A DNA stretch of 64,000 nucleotides from Antedon mediterranea (taxonomy: Eukaryota > Animalia > Echinodermata), in contig NC_092678.1 in the NCBI RefSeq assembly GCF_964355755.1, positions 3,488,422 to 3,552,421 of the forward strand, read 5' to 3'. How positions within the stretch are numbered: position 1 is the stretch's first letter; each line of letters opens with the position of its first letter. Both the position numbers and the translations under genes were made by a program. Below the pieces are notes generated by a model. That model worked only from the letters and a program-made list of their open reading frames with translations. It searched no databases and was not told where the DNA came from. Of the stretch, positions 13,714 to 27,200 are shown piece by piece.

Positions 13714-14847
13714 CTGTCTTTCATGGTCTTTGATTTTATTTCATTTCCACAAATTTCTAATTATAGGAAGTACAATAATTAGATTAATTAAGTTTCCTTT
13801 TGCTGTTATGTTCTTAGTTTGGAGTTTTTCAAAGTCTATTGTAATTAAATTTGCAGCTTATAATATGTTTATATGTACATACTTATATAAAAGTAGTAAA
13901 GATATATTATAGAGATAGATAGATTTTGAGATAGTGAGATTTAGGATTTGGTAGTCGGAAGTTGACTTATACCACGACTACCAATAGGAAATGTGTCAAA
14001 AGATGATTTAATCTCTGAAACAAAAGAGTATTCTCTGTTATATCGTGAGAAAATGTTTTTATTAGCGTTTTAAAAGTTAGGTTACTATGTTTAATGTCAC
14101 CACAGTGGTCACCGATTTTAAGAATCATTTTGTGATGACTTGGTTAAAAATATACATTGAGGATGTATGCGTTTTGTAACTGATGAACTTCCGGTAAATC
14201 CCGAAGACAATCAGTTTGGTTATCCTATTTTTGTTTTAATGTAATTTCCATTTGATAAAAAATATATACAGACCGTACACAGTACAAAGGAGAAATACGG
14301 TGCAAAACTACGAAAAAAAATGGTCACATTAATATTCTCTTTCATTCGGTGCTATAATGGCAGACAAGTAAAAACTATTTCGAAATCTATTTATGGACCG
14401 GCACCTAAGAATCTCAAAACAAGTGCATGAGATGGTTTGGGTTAACAAGTCGCAATATTAATGAATAAAACAGCATAAAATACTTATATCTATCTGTAAA
14501 CACATATTGTATGCTTTAGGTTGTGTTTGAATTTACATTTTTCCATTGATCGACATTTTAAAAATGTCACCCACCCCACCATCAGTTTATAAGTTGACTT
14601 AGCCACTTTGAAGACAGGATGTGAACAATTACGTACGCCTCCGCAATAGTTAAGATGGGCGTTTCTATGAACCAATAATTACAAATTGTTTGCAACGTCC
14701 AGGCTTCTCGATTACAAGTTCAATAACTTTTTTTACCAAAGTATATTTTTAATGTATGGACATAACAACAGAACAAAAATACGTAAGTGCGCGATAATAT
14801 TGATAGTGTTTTGTCCGCACCGGCGCACGTTAAGTGACGTCAGACTA
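13701..14847. mobile_element. Possible 1.15-kb non-autonomous DNA transposon
   Basis: Perfect 15-bp inverted repeat TAGTCTGACGTCACT (13701-13715) / AGTGACGTCAGACTA (14833-14847). Confidence 0.4.
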
Positions 14848-15727
14848 TGGTATTAATTTACTATGACAAAACAAAATTACTATCTGTCTAGGACTTTTTA
14901 TAGATATATTAGGTTCGTGCTGTGGGTATACACACTTTTACTTGACGATATACACTGTATGGTCATTTTCATTTGTTAGATTTACTTCTAATTTGCCCCA
15001 TCCATTTGGTAAACTCTGTCTACACTATCACACTGTATGGACATGGATGATGTCATATCACTACCATATTTGGCCATATCACTACCATATTTGGGCACAT
15101 CACACTTCATTTCCCTCCTCCGCCCATGCAATATAGAAAATATGACAATGCTATTATTATATTTAGCTAGTTGTTCAGTTTAATGTTACTCATGACTTTG
15201 ACAATTTTGAGAAATGAATGTTGATTTTTTATCAATTAAGATTCTTTAAGGTGTTTAGCTTTCCTAGATATCGTCAAGGGTCTAATTTAACACATGCACT
15301 CAATTTTCAGTTTCTGCTTTTTTGTTTAGTTGCTTGTCTAGTAGCTCAATCAGTCCATTGTGACCACGTGCGTTTCGTTGCGTTTCACTTTTGCTTTAGT
15401 ATTTAGAGTAAGTCATTGATATTGTAGGCTTAGTCGTAATATGTTGGATTTATAGAAAAGTGTAAGTCACAATTTGTAGGTAATCCCCATCGATCCACCT
15501 CGTAATCGTCTAAGTTAATCTTCTTGCTTGCAAACTTGCAAACGATCTTGTTGGTTCTGGTAGATCAACCGCGTAGATAAGCCTAACGTTGGCAACTAAA
15601 AAGAGTTCATCTGCAAGATATACCTTGATGATGGAAGACTTTTGGCAAATGACCAATAGAACTTAGGCTAAAGTACGTTGACTCGTCCCATAATATAATT
15701 ATACAATAAACTTGGGGTAAAGCTTAA

Positions 15728-15931
15728 AGCCTGTTTTCCTGTCGACGTTAGTAGACGCTATCGTCGTTGATCGTTAAAAGTTCAACGACGATCGTTTGAA
15801 AACGATCAAGTTGAAATGATAACGATAGCGATTACCTTTTCCTGTAAATCGCTAACATTTCAATGTTTACGTAGAAGATTGCCGATTAATGTTAACGATA
15901 GCGTCGAATAACGTCGACAAGAAAACAGGCT
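15728..15931. mobile_element. MITE (PIF/Harbinger-like)
   Basis: Long TIRs AGCCTGTTTTCCTGTCGACGTTA ... TAACGTCGACAAGAAAACAGGCT, flanked by a TAA duplication. Confidence 0.8.
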
Positions 15932-16909
15932 TAAGAAAACCATTGATGTAATTATCAATATCATATATTTATGTTTATAATTTTAGCAACACCTGTTATT
16001 TTGCTTTGTTATCTGTCTTGTTTATTGAATGACCTATAGTCAATAAAATGGACTATTAAGCCCCCCACAATCTGTGCTTATATTAAGTTTGTCCAAAGAA
16101 TCGTATCTCAACAATTAATGTAGATTCATTTTAATATTATTGAGTATTTTTTTAAAAACTTCTTAAAGTATTTTCAAAATTATGTAACAAAGATTTAATA
16201 GCGAGTCATCAATATCACTATGCATTGTATTGTCATTTGATGTCAAAATCCGGGGATTTTCATGACTTTGTAATATTTTTATAGAATGATTCATATAAGT
16301 AGCATGCCTGTTTGCACGTAAGCCACAACTTGACATGGGTAGAACATCTTCACTGTCTTGTATCAACGCATGGAATGCCAATTTTCTGACATAAAATGTC
16401 ATTATCTTGGACGTGATGACAGTCGAACTTGGTTTGTTCATTAAGAGTAATAGAATGTAAATCCGCCAATATAATCTTGAATTACTTTATATACCCTAGG
16501 CCTACATTGTAATAGAATTTACAAAAATGATGAGGCGAAACATGGGTGTGACATAGGCCTACTAACTCATTATATTGTTATTAAAACAAATTAAGTTTGG
16601 AGATAAATTTTACAACCATGAAATGTTTTTAATAGATTTAATTAACACTTTTTATTAGATAATAATGACACAACTAATACAAACATGCTAATATTATTGT
16701 ATTTCTCTCTTAGTTTAGCTAAGATAGAAATGCAATACATCATGGGCCCACTTCATTTGGATCGTAGTAGTCAGAGCTTAAGCTGAGTTCGATCATGGCA
16801 GGTCCATGTGGCAGGTCTCAAAGAACTCTTATTTTTGCCAAGTTGGCCTATTTTTCTTTCGGAAGAGAAGGGTTGTCAAATATTCCTTGTAGGCTATTAC
16901 ATATCTGAC

Positions 16910-17398
16910 TGTAATAAATTACCATTCCTAACAGATACAGTAACTTAGTATTTACAAGAACATTCTAGAATAAGATGTTTTGATTTAAGAAACCATGCAT
17001 AATTAATAAGAACAATCAGGAACATTCCAGAAGTACTATTAATAGAAACTGTAATCATGTAATAATGAGAAGTATAAAGAATGATCTAGAACAATAGGAA
17101 CATATTGTATATAAGGGGAAGTATGACAATTGTAAGAGGGAGAAGGATTTTTTATTGAAGCATTTATTTTAAAGAAGATTGTTGGATTAGAGGTTGGATA
17201 TTATATTGTAAAGTTATTGTGAAGCTGTTGTTTAAAGTGCTTACTGGATTGTTAAAAGTTGAAGTTGATTGAAATTAAAGCTTTGTTTTGGGGTTATTTT
17301 ACAACTTTGTGGATTTTGTGTGTATACTTTTATGTCACAAGAGAGTTCCTAAAGTATTTTCAACCGCTCGGAAACATACGTGAGAGGAGTTCGTGACA
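16910..17398 (+). mobile_element. Probable solo LTR (about 490 bp)
   Basis: Starts TGT and ends ACA; flanked by CTGAC/CTGAG (near-perfect 5-bp TSD); internal TATATAAG and ATTAAA. Confidence 0.6.
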
Positions 17399-18215
17399 CT
17401 GAGCCGGAACGACACCACTTAAAGCTTGACCCTCTCTACATTCTTTATTTTAGGCCTACTATTTATGGATCTCTGTTTAATATCATATAAAATAGACATC
17501 ATAGACATTGAATATAAATTACTACAAACACTGTTTTCAAAGTTTTCAATTTAATAACTATTCACCAATTATAGATTGTGCAATTTATATACGATTAGAT
17601 AGATTCCATACTACTTTCATTCGTCTTATTTGTTTAGTATTTTGACATTTTTTCATAGAAAGGAAGTTTAGGAGTATTATACATAGATTATTTTGGCGCG
17701 AATTCAGATTACACTTTTAGTGGTTAACTTTAAAGTACATTTTCACAAGACAGATTATCAACTGTCTTATTAATTCTAACGATACGCTGAAATGACGGAT
17801 TAAGATGAGTAACAATCATGTCTAAAATTGTATTAAAAAGTATGCAGTTAATACGGAGTCACCACTTCAATTTGACGTCAGTAACGCCGGGAATACTAGC
17901 ATACTAGAGGGCGTATTTTATTTTCTTTATTTCTAATTTATACTAGCGACCTCTCCAGTTCAGGAAATAACTACATTACCTATTTGTATAGGTATAAGTA
18001 CATGATGATTCCGAATATTGTTTTATGCCATATCATTCAGCGTAATTTAATACAACATATAGGCATACAAGAAGTAATCCAATGTACTAGGCCTGAGGTT
18101 GTAAATACATACATAAGTTATGCACTTACAAGAATATTCTGAAACAAATTCAAAATAAATTAAAAAAATCAAAATTTGACTATTCAGAATGTTCAGGAAA
18201 ATTTAACTTATTTTG

Positions 18216-21200
18216 TCATCGTTGATTTTCAAACCTGCTGGGAGATTCGATTGTATCAACGCATGGACCCAAGTAGGCTACACATAGGTCTGGATTATTA
18301 CGTCTACAACCAGCGGCCTTTAGATGGCACTCTGACAGATATGTCTTGCCATCAGTACCGCATACTTTTGAAGTGGAGTTTCCAGTTGGACATCGTTCGA
18401 CACACTTTTTTCTTTTGTCTGTAAATTAAAGATAGTAGACAGAAAAGATAATAATAGTATTAATAAATATCGTTTTTAAATCAATAAATTGAAGTGAGCG
18501 TTATAAACGTAAGCCCGATACTTCATTCTCTTTTGGATGCCTGTTTTTGGGGATTACCCTTTCCTGTTCGGGAAATTACCCTTTCCTGTTCGGGAAATTA
18601 CCTAATATTACCTACCTTACCTATTAAGATATCTATCATCTCTATAGAGTTTGAGCTCCATGATTTCAGAAAGAAAGTCTTTTATTCAATAATTGGAATT
18701 ATATTTGAGTAATTAATATTAATTATCCAATGAAATAAATGATTACTATTAATAAATATATTTAAAAAAACATTTACTTTTTCCTGTTGTGGATGGCTGG
18801 CTGGATCTTTCGTTGGTTCCAACAGGTTGTTCGTCTCCTGTTCTGGGCTGCTCGGCTCGTTCTTTCTTTTGCTTGGTTTGGCGATTTCTATTAGTGGGCG
18901 TTCCTTGAGCTTTAGTATAATAATTCATTTTTTTGTCACATTAATGAAGCAAATATATTAATAAATGGTCAAAACGTATACATTTTGCAAAATTTTGAGT
19001 GGAAATCGTTAACATTTATGACATAACCTGTAATTACCCTTTTCATATTGCACTGGAATAATAACTAAATATAATTTATAGGACGAGATTGGAAGACCTA
19101 CATCACGAACAAACACATCCACAGAGACGACAAACCTACCTCTATTTAGACGAGCAGATGGACCAACTGTAGGCACTACGTCATTTCTACATTGTCCTGC
19201 ATAAGCCACACTCAGTTCGATGATGTTTAGTTTGCAAGCAAATATTTCCAAAACACACGCGGATGGATAGTCGTTTCCATCAGTACCACACACACGGGAG
19301 TTACGGGATTGAAGTGGACAGCTATCTCTACAAACACTTTTCGCTGCTGTATGTGAGTAACATAATAATTATTATTTTATGTAATGTATTAATAAAGTTC
19401 AACCATACTAAAATCCTTTCGAAATGTGAAGATACTAGGTATGGATTCAAAATCCTGCATGAGAAGGGTTTGGCATAGTTATAAATATTTAAATAATAAT
19501 AATACCAATAATAGTAATAATAAAGAAAGTCAAACATACGTCTTGTGGGTTCAGCCTCCACTGGGCCATTTATTGGAGGGTCTGGCATTACAGGAGCAAT
19601 ATCTACTTCACAAGGTCCTAAATATGCTATCTTGGTATTTGAATTTTTTCTGCATGCCACAGCTTTCAAAATACAGCGCGAGACATAGGAAATACCATCC
19701 GTACCACATACTTTATCGTCAACTAATGGACAATTATCTGGACATTCGTTGTTGTCTGCAAAAGAAATGTTCAATAATCATAATAATAATATTTCGGCCA
19801 AAATCATTGGTGAGTGAATAGGTACAAAATATGAATATTTTAAAATAAAATATAAATATCTCATTACAAAGTATAAATGTATAAAACAACAGTTACCCCC
19901 ATTAGCTACAGTTGCAGTACCATCTGGGCCTCTACTTGGATGTACTTCGTCACCATTATGAGTAGTTGGTCGTGTACCTGTGTTAGAGTTAGTACTTTTG
20001 CCTGAAACCAATGTTTTGGTTCCACTCTCTGGATGGGCTGAACTGCTACTGGGCGTCACTAAACCCTCATTACCATTATCTGGGTACATTCCTTCTGTTT
20101 CCATACCATATGGATTAGTATCTCTATCAGTTTCACTACCGTCCTCATGATTTCTTCCAACTCCACTCTGTGAATTTCCTCTATTATCTGGATAGTTTTT
20201 GTCATTAGTATATGGGTTCTCTGTTGAGTCTCCATCTGGATGGAATGATTCACTCTTAGTATTCCTGTCTGGGTATGGTTCTAGGCCAGTTCTTCTATTT
20301 GGGTATATACCGGAACCAGTAATTGGATAACCAGTTGGTGATGCTCTGTCTAAGTATCCTTTCCTTTGTGAGCCGCTAACTGGATACATACCTGTACCAC
20401 CGGTAGGTCTCAATCGACTGACATAACCATTCCTATTTAAGCCACTTTCTGGAAATGTTTGTGGATTTTCATCCATTGTTCTACTATCGGGCTTGTACCC
20501 ATCTGGTCTAGTACCGGTTTTACTACCAGGATAATTTTCATTTCCTCCTGTACCACTACCTGGATATCCTCCTTGTTGCGTCCAACCTGGTGTAGGATAG
20601 GTTCCTGTACCACTGCTTGGAAAACCATCACTGCCAGTACCGCGATCTGGATTTACATTAGTACCAGTTCCACTACTTGGATAATTTCCATTTCCTCCTG
20701 TACCACTACCTGGATGTCCTCCTGTTTGCGTCCCACCAGATGTAGGAAAAGTTCCTGTTCCACTACTTTCTGGATATCTTCCTGAAGTACCACTGTTTGG
20801 ATAACCATCACTGCCAGTACCGCGATCTGGATTTACATTAGTACCGGTTCCACTACTTGGATAATTTCCATTTCCTCCTGCACCACTACCTGGATATCCT
20901 CCTGTTCGCGTCCCACCAGAGCTAGGATAAGTTCCTGTTCCACTACTTTCTGGATATCTTCCTGAAGTACCACTGTTTGGATAACCATTACTGCCGATAC
21001 CGCGGTCTGGATTTACATTAGTACTCGTTTCACTACCAGGATAATTTTCATTTCTTCCTGTACCACTACCTGGATATCCTCCTTGTTGTGTCCCACCTGG
21101 TGTAGGATAGGTTCCTGTACCACTGCTTGGATAACCATCACCGCCGGTACCGCTATCTGGATTTTCATTAGTACCGGTTTCACTACCAGGATAATTTCCA

Positions 21201-24200
21201 TTTCTTCCTGTACCACTACCTGGATATCCTCCTTGTTGCGTCCCACCAGTGTTAGGATAAGTTCCAGTTCCACTGTTTTCTGGATTTACATTAGTACGGG
21301 TTTCACTACCAGGATAATTTCCATTTCCTCCTATTCCACTACCTGGATATCCTCCTTGTTGCGTCCAACCTCGTGTAGGATAGGTTCCTGTACCACTGCT
21401 TGGAAAACCATCACTGCCAGTACCGCGATCTGGATTTACATTAGTACCGGTTTCACTACCAGGATAATTTCCATTTCTTCCTGTACCACTACCTGGATAT
21501 CCTCCTTGTTGCGTCCCACCAGTGTTAGGATAAGTTCCAGTTCCACTGTTTTCTGGATTTACATTAGTACGGGTTTCACTACCAGGATAATTTCCATTTC
21601 CTCCTATTCCACTACCTGGATATCCTCCTTGTTGCGTCCAACCTCGTGTAGGATAGGTTCCTGTACCACTGCTTGGAAAACCATCACTGCCAGTACCGCG
21701 ATCTGGATTTACATTAGTACCAGTTCCACTACTTGGATAATTTCCATTTCCTCCTGTACCACTACCTGGATGTCCTCCTGTTCGCGTCCCACCAGATGTA
21801 GGAAAAGTTCCTGTTCCACTACTTTCTGGATATCTTCCTGAAGTACCACTGTTTGGATAACCATCACTGCCAGTACCGCGATCTGGATTTACATTAGTAC
21901 CGGTTCCACTACTTGGATAATTTCCATTTCCTCCTGCACCACTACCTGGATATCCTCCTGTTCGCGTCCCACCAGAGCTAGGATAAGTTCCTGTTCCACT
22001 ACTTTCTGGATATCTTCCTGAAGTACCACTGTTTGGATAACCATTACTGCCGATACCGCGATCTGGATTTACATTAGTACTCGTTTCACTACCAGGATAA
22101 TTTTCATTTCTTCCTGTACCACTACCTGGATATCCTCCTTGTTGCGTCCCACCTGGTGTAGGATAGGTTCCTGTACCACTGCTTGAATAACCATCACCGC
22201 CAGTACCGCGATCTGGATTTTCATTAGTACCGGTTTCAATACCAGGATAATTTCCATTTCTTCCTGTACCACTACCTGGATATCCTCCTTGTTGCGTCCC
22301 ACCAGTGTTAGGATAAGTTCCAGTTCCACTGTTTTCTGGATTTACTTTAGTACGGGTTTCACTACCAGGATAATTTCCATTTCCTCCTATACCACTACCT
22401 GGATATCCTCCTGTTCGCGTCCCACCAGATGTGGGATAAGTTCCAGTTCCACTGTTTCCGGGATTTACATTAGTACCGGTTTCACTACCAGGATAATTTC
22501 CATTTCCTCCTGTACCACTACCTGGATATCCTCCTGTTCGCGTCCCACCAGATGTAGGATAAGTTCCTGTTCCACTACTTTCTGGATGTCGTCCAGATGT
22601 ACCACTGTTTGGATAAGCATCACTGCCGATAACGCGATCTGGATTTACATTAGTACTCGTTTCACTACCAGGATAATTTTCATTTCTTCCTGTACCAGTA
22701 CCTGGATATCCTCCTTGTTGCGTCCCACCTGGTGTAGGATAGGTTCCTGTACCACTGCTTGGATAACCATCATCGCCAGTACCGCGATCTGGATTTTCAT
22801 TAGTACTGGTTTCACTACCAGGATAATTTCCATTTCTTCCTGTACCACTACCTGGATATCCTCCTTGTTGCGTCCCACCAGTGTTAGGATAAGTTCCAGT
22901 TCCACTGTTTTCTGGATTTTCATTAGTGCTGGTTTCACTACCAGGATAATTTCCATTTCTTCCTGTACCACTACCTGGATATACTCCTTGTTGCGTCCCA
23001 CCAGTGTTAGGATAAGTTCCTGTTCCACTAGTTTCTGAATTTACATTAGTACCGGTTTCACTACCTGGATAATTTCCATTTCCTTCTGAACCACTACCTG
23101 GATATCCTCCTTGTTGCCTCCCACCTGGTGTAGGATAGGTTCCTGTACCACTGCTTGGATAACGATCACTGCCAGTACCGCGATCTGGATTTACATTAGT
23201 ACCCGTTTCACTACCAGGATAATTTCCATTTCCTTCTGGACCACTACCTGGATATCCTCCGGTTAGCGTCCCACCAGATGTAGGATAAGTTCCAGTTCCA
23301 CTGTTTCCGGGATTTATTTTAGTACCGGTTTCACTACCAGGATAATTTCCATTTCCTCCTGTACCACTACCTGAATATCCTCCTGTTCGCGTCCCACCAG
23401 ATGTAGAATAAGTTCCTGTTCCACTACTTTCTGGATGTCGTCCAGATGTACCACTGTTTGGATAACCATTACTGCCGATACCGCGATCTGGATTTACATT
23501 AGTACTCGTTTCACTACCAGGATAATTTTCATTTCTTCCTGTACCACTACCTGGATATCCTCCTTGTTGCGTTCCACCTGGTGTAGGATAGGTTCCTGTA
23601 CCACTGCTTGGATAACCATCAACGCCAGTACCGCGATCTGGATTTTCATTAGTACCGGTTTCACTACCAGGATAATTTCCATTTCTTCCTGTACCACTAC
23701 CTGGATATCCTCCTTGTTGCGTCCCACCAGTGTTAGGATAAGTTCCAGTTCCACTGTTTTCTGGATTTACATTAGTACGGGTTTCACTACCAGGATAATT
23801 TCCATTTCCTCCTATACCACTACCTGGATATCCTCCTGTTCGCGTCCCACCAGATGTGGGATAAGTTCCAGTTCCACTGTTTTCGGGATTTACATTAGTA
23901 CCGGTTTCACTACCAGGATAATTTCCATTTCCTCTTGTACCACTACCTGGATATCCTCCTGTTCGCGTCCCACCAGATGTAGGATAAGTTCCTGTTCCAC
24001 TACTTTCTGGATGTCGTCCAGATGTACCACTGTTTGGATAACCATTACTGCCGATACCGCGATCTGGATTTACATTAGTACTCGTTTCACTACCAGGATA
24101 ATTTTCATTTCTTCCTGTACCACTACCTGGATATCCTCCTTGTTGCGTCCCACCTGGTGTAGGATAGGTTCCTGTACCACTGCTTGGATAACCATCACCG

Positions 24201-27200
24201 CCAGTACCGCGATCTGGATTTTCATTAGTACCGGTTTCACTACCAGGATAATTTCCATTTCTTCCTGTACCACTACCTGGATATCCTCCTTGTTGCGTCC
24301 TACCAGTGTTAGGATAAGTTCCAGTTCCACTGTTTTCTGGATTCACATTAGTACGGGTTTCACTACCAGGATAATTTCCATTTCCTCCTATACCACTACC
24401 TGGATATCCTCCTGTTCGCGTCCCACCAGATGTGGGATAAGTTCCAGTTCCACTGTTTCCGGGAGTTACATTAGTACCGGTTTCACTACCAGGATAATTT
24501 CCATTTCCTCCTGTACCACTACCTGGATATCCTCCTGTTCGCGTCCCACCAGATGTAGGATAAGTTCCTGTTCCACTACTTTCTGGATGTCGTCCAGATG
24601 TACCACTGTTTGGATAAGCATCACTGCCGATACCGCGATCTGGATTTACATTAGTACTCGTTTCACTACCAGGATAATTTTCATTTCTTCCTGTACCACT
24701 ACCTGGATATCCTCCTTGTTGCGTCCCACCTGGTGTAGGATAGGTTCCTGTACCACTGCTTGGATAACCATCACTGCCAATACCGCGATCTGGATTTTCA
24801 TTAGTACCGGTTTCACTACCAGGATAATTTCCATTTCTTCCTGTACCACTACCTGGATATCCTCCTTGTTGCGTCCCACCAGTGTTAGGATAAGTTCCAG
24901 TTCCACTGTTTTCTGGATTTACATTAGTACGGGTTTCACTACCAGGATAATTTCCATTTCCTCCTATACCACTACCTGGATATCCTCCTGTTCGCGTCCC
25001 ACCAGACGTGGGATAAGTTCCAGTTCCACTGTTTCCGGGATTTACATTAGTACCGGTTTCACTACCAGGATAATTTCCATTTCCTCCTGTACCACTACCT
25101 GGATATCCTCCTGTTCGCGTCCCACCAGATGTAGGATAAGTTCCTGTTCCACTACTTTCTGGATGTCGTCCAGATGTACCACTGTTTGGATAAGCATCAC
25201 TGCCGATACCGCGATCTGGATTTACATTAGTACTCGTTTCACTACCAGGATAATTTTCATTTCTTCCTGTACCACTACCTGGATATCCTCCTTGTTGCGT
25301 CCCACCTGGTGTAGGATAGGTTCCTGTACCACTGCTTGGATAACCATCACCGCCAGTACCGCGATCTGGATTTTCATTAGTACCGGTTTCACTACCAGGA
25401 TAATTTCCATTTCTTCCTGTACCACTACCTGGATATCCTCCTTGTTGCGTCCTACCAGTGTTAGGATAAGTTACAGTTCCACTGTTTTCTGGATTCACAT
25501 TAGTACGGGTTTCACTACCAGGATAATTTCCATTTCCTCCTATACCACTACCTGGATATCCTCCTGTTCGCGTCCCACCAGATGTGGGATAAGTTCCAGT
25601 TCCACTGTTTCCGGGAGTTACATTAGTACCGGTTTCACTACCAGGATAATTTCCATTTCCTCCTGTACCACTACCTGGATATCCTCCTGTTCGCGTCCCA
25701 CCAGATGTAGGATAAGTTCCTGTTCCACTACTTTCTGGATGTCGTCCAGATGTACCACTGTTTGGATAACCATTACTGCCGATACCTCGATCTGGATTTA
25801 CATTAGTACTCGTTTCACTACCAGGATAATTTTCATTTCTTCCTGTACCACTACCTGGATATCCTCCATGTTGCGTACCACCTGGTGTAGGATAGGTTCC
25901 TGTACCACTGCTTGGATAACCATCACCGCCAGTACCGCGATCTGGATTTTCATTAGTACCGGTTTCACTACCAGGATAATTTTCATTTCTTCCTGTACCA
26001 CTACCTGGATATCCTCCTTGTTGCGTCCCACCAGTGTTAGGATAAGTTCCAGTTCCACTGTTTTCTGGATTTACATTAGTACGGGTTTCACTACCAGGAT
26101 AATTTCCACTTCCTCCTATACCACTACCTGGATATCCTCCTGTTCGCGTCCCACCAGATGTGGGATAAGTTCCAGTTCCACTGTTTCCGGGATTTACATT
26201 AGTACCGGTTTCACTACCAGGATAATTTCCATTTCCTCCTGTACCACTACCTGGATATCCTCCTGTTCGCGTCCCACCAGATGTAGGATAAGTTCCTGTT
26301 CCACTACTTTCTGGATGTCGTCCAGATGTACCACTGTTTGGATAACCATCACTGCCGATACCGCGATCTGGATTTACATTAGTACTCGTTTCACTACCAG
26401 GATAATTTTCATTTTTTCCTGTACCACTACCTGGATATCCTCCTTGTTGCGTCCCACCTGGTGTAGGATAGGTTCCTGTACCACTGCTTGGATAACCATC
26501 ACCGCCAGTACCGCGATCTGGATTTTCATTAGTACCGGTTTCACTACCAGGATAATTTCCATTTCTTCCTATACCACTACCTGGATATCCTCCTTGTTGC
26601 GTCCCACCAGTGTTAGGATAAGTTCCTGTTCCACTACTATCTGGATTTTCATTAGTACCGGTTTCACTACCAGGATAATTTCCATTTCCACCTGAACCAC
26701 TACCTGGATATCCTCCTTGTTGCGTCCCACCTGGTGTAGGATAGGTTCCTGTACCACTGCTTGGATAACGATCACTGCCAGTACCGCGATCTGGATTTAC
26801 ATTAGTACCCGTTTCACTACCAGGATAATTTCCTTTTCCTTCTGGACCACTACGTGGGTATCCTCCTGTTCGCGTCCCACCAGATGTGGGATAAGTTCCA
26901 GTTCCACTGTTTCCGGGATTTACATTAGTACCGGTTTCACTACCAGGATAATTTCCATTTTCCCCTGTACCACCACCTGGATATCCTTCTGTTCGCGTCA
27001 CACCAGATGTAGGATAAGTTCCTGTTCCACTACTTTCTGGATATCGTCCAGATGTACCACTGTTTGGATAACCATCACTGCCGGTACCGTGATCTGGATT
27101 TACATTAGTACTCGTTTCACTACCAGGATAATTTTCATTTCCTCCTATACCACTACCTGGATATCCTCCTTGTTGCGTCCCACCTGGTGTAAGATAGGTT

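Noticed and set aside
19778-19896. Hydrophobic C-terminus of the 5634-aa ORF (CCFIHLYFVMRYLYFIL..) as a membrane anchor
   Set aside because: It is read-through into an AT-rich intron past the phase-1 donor at 19896; Kazal exons follow in frame.
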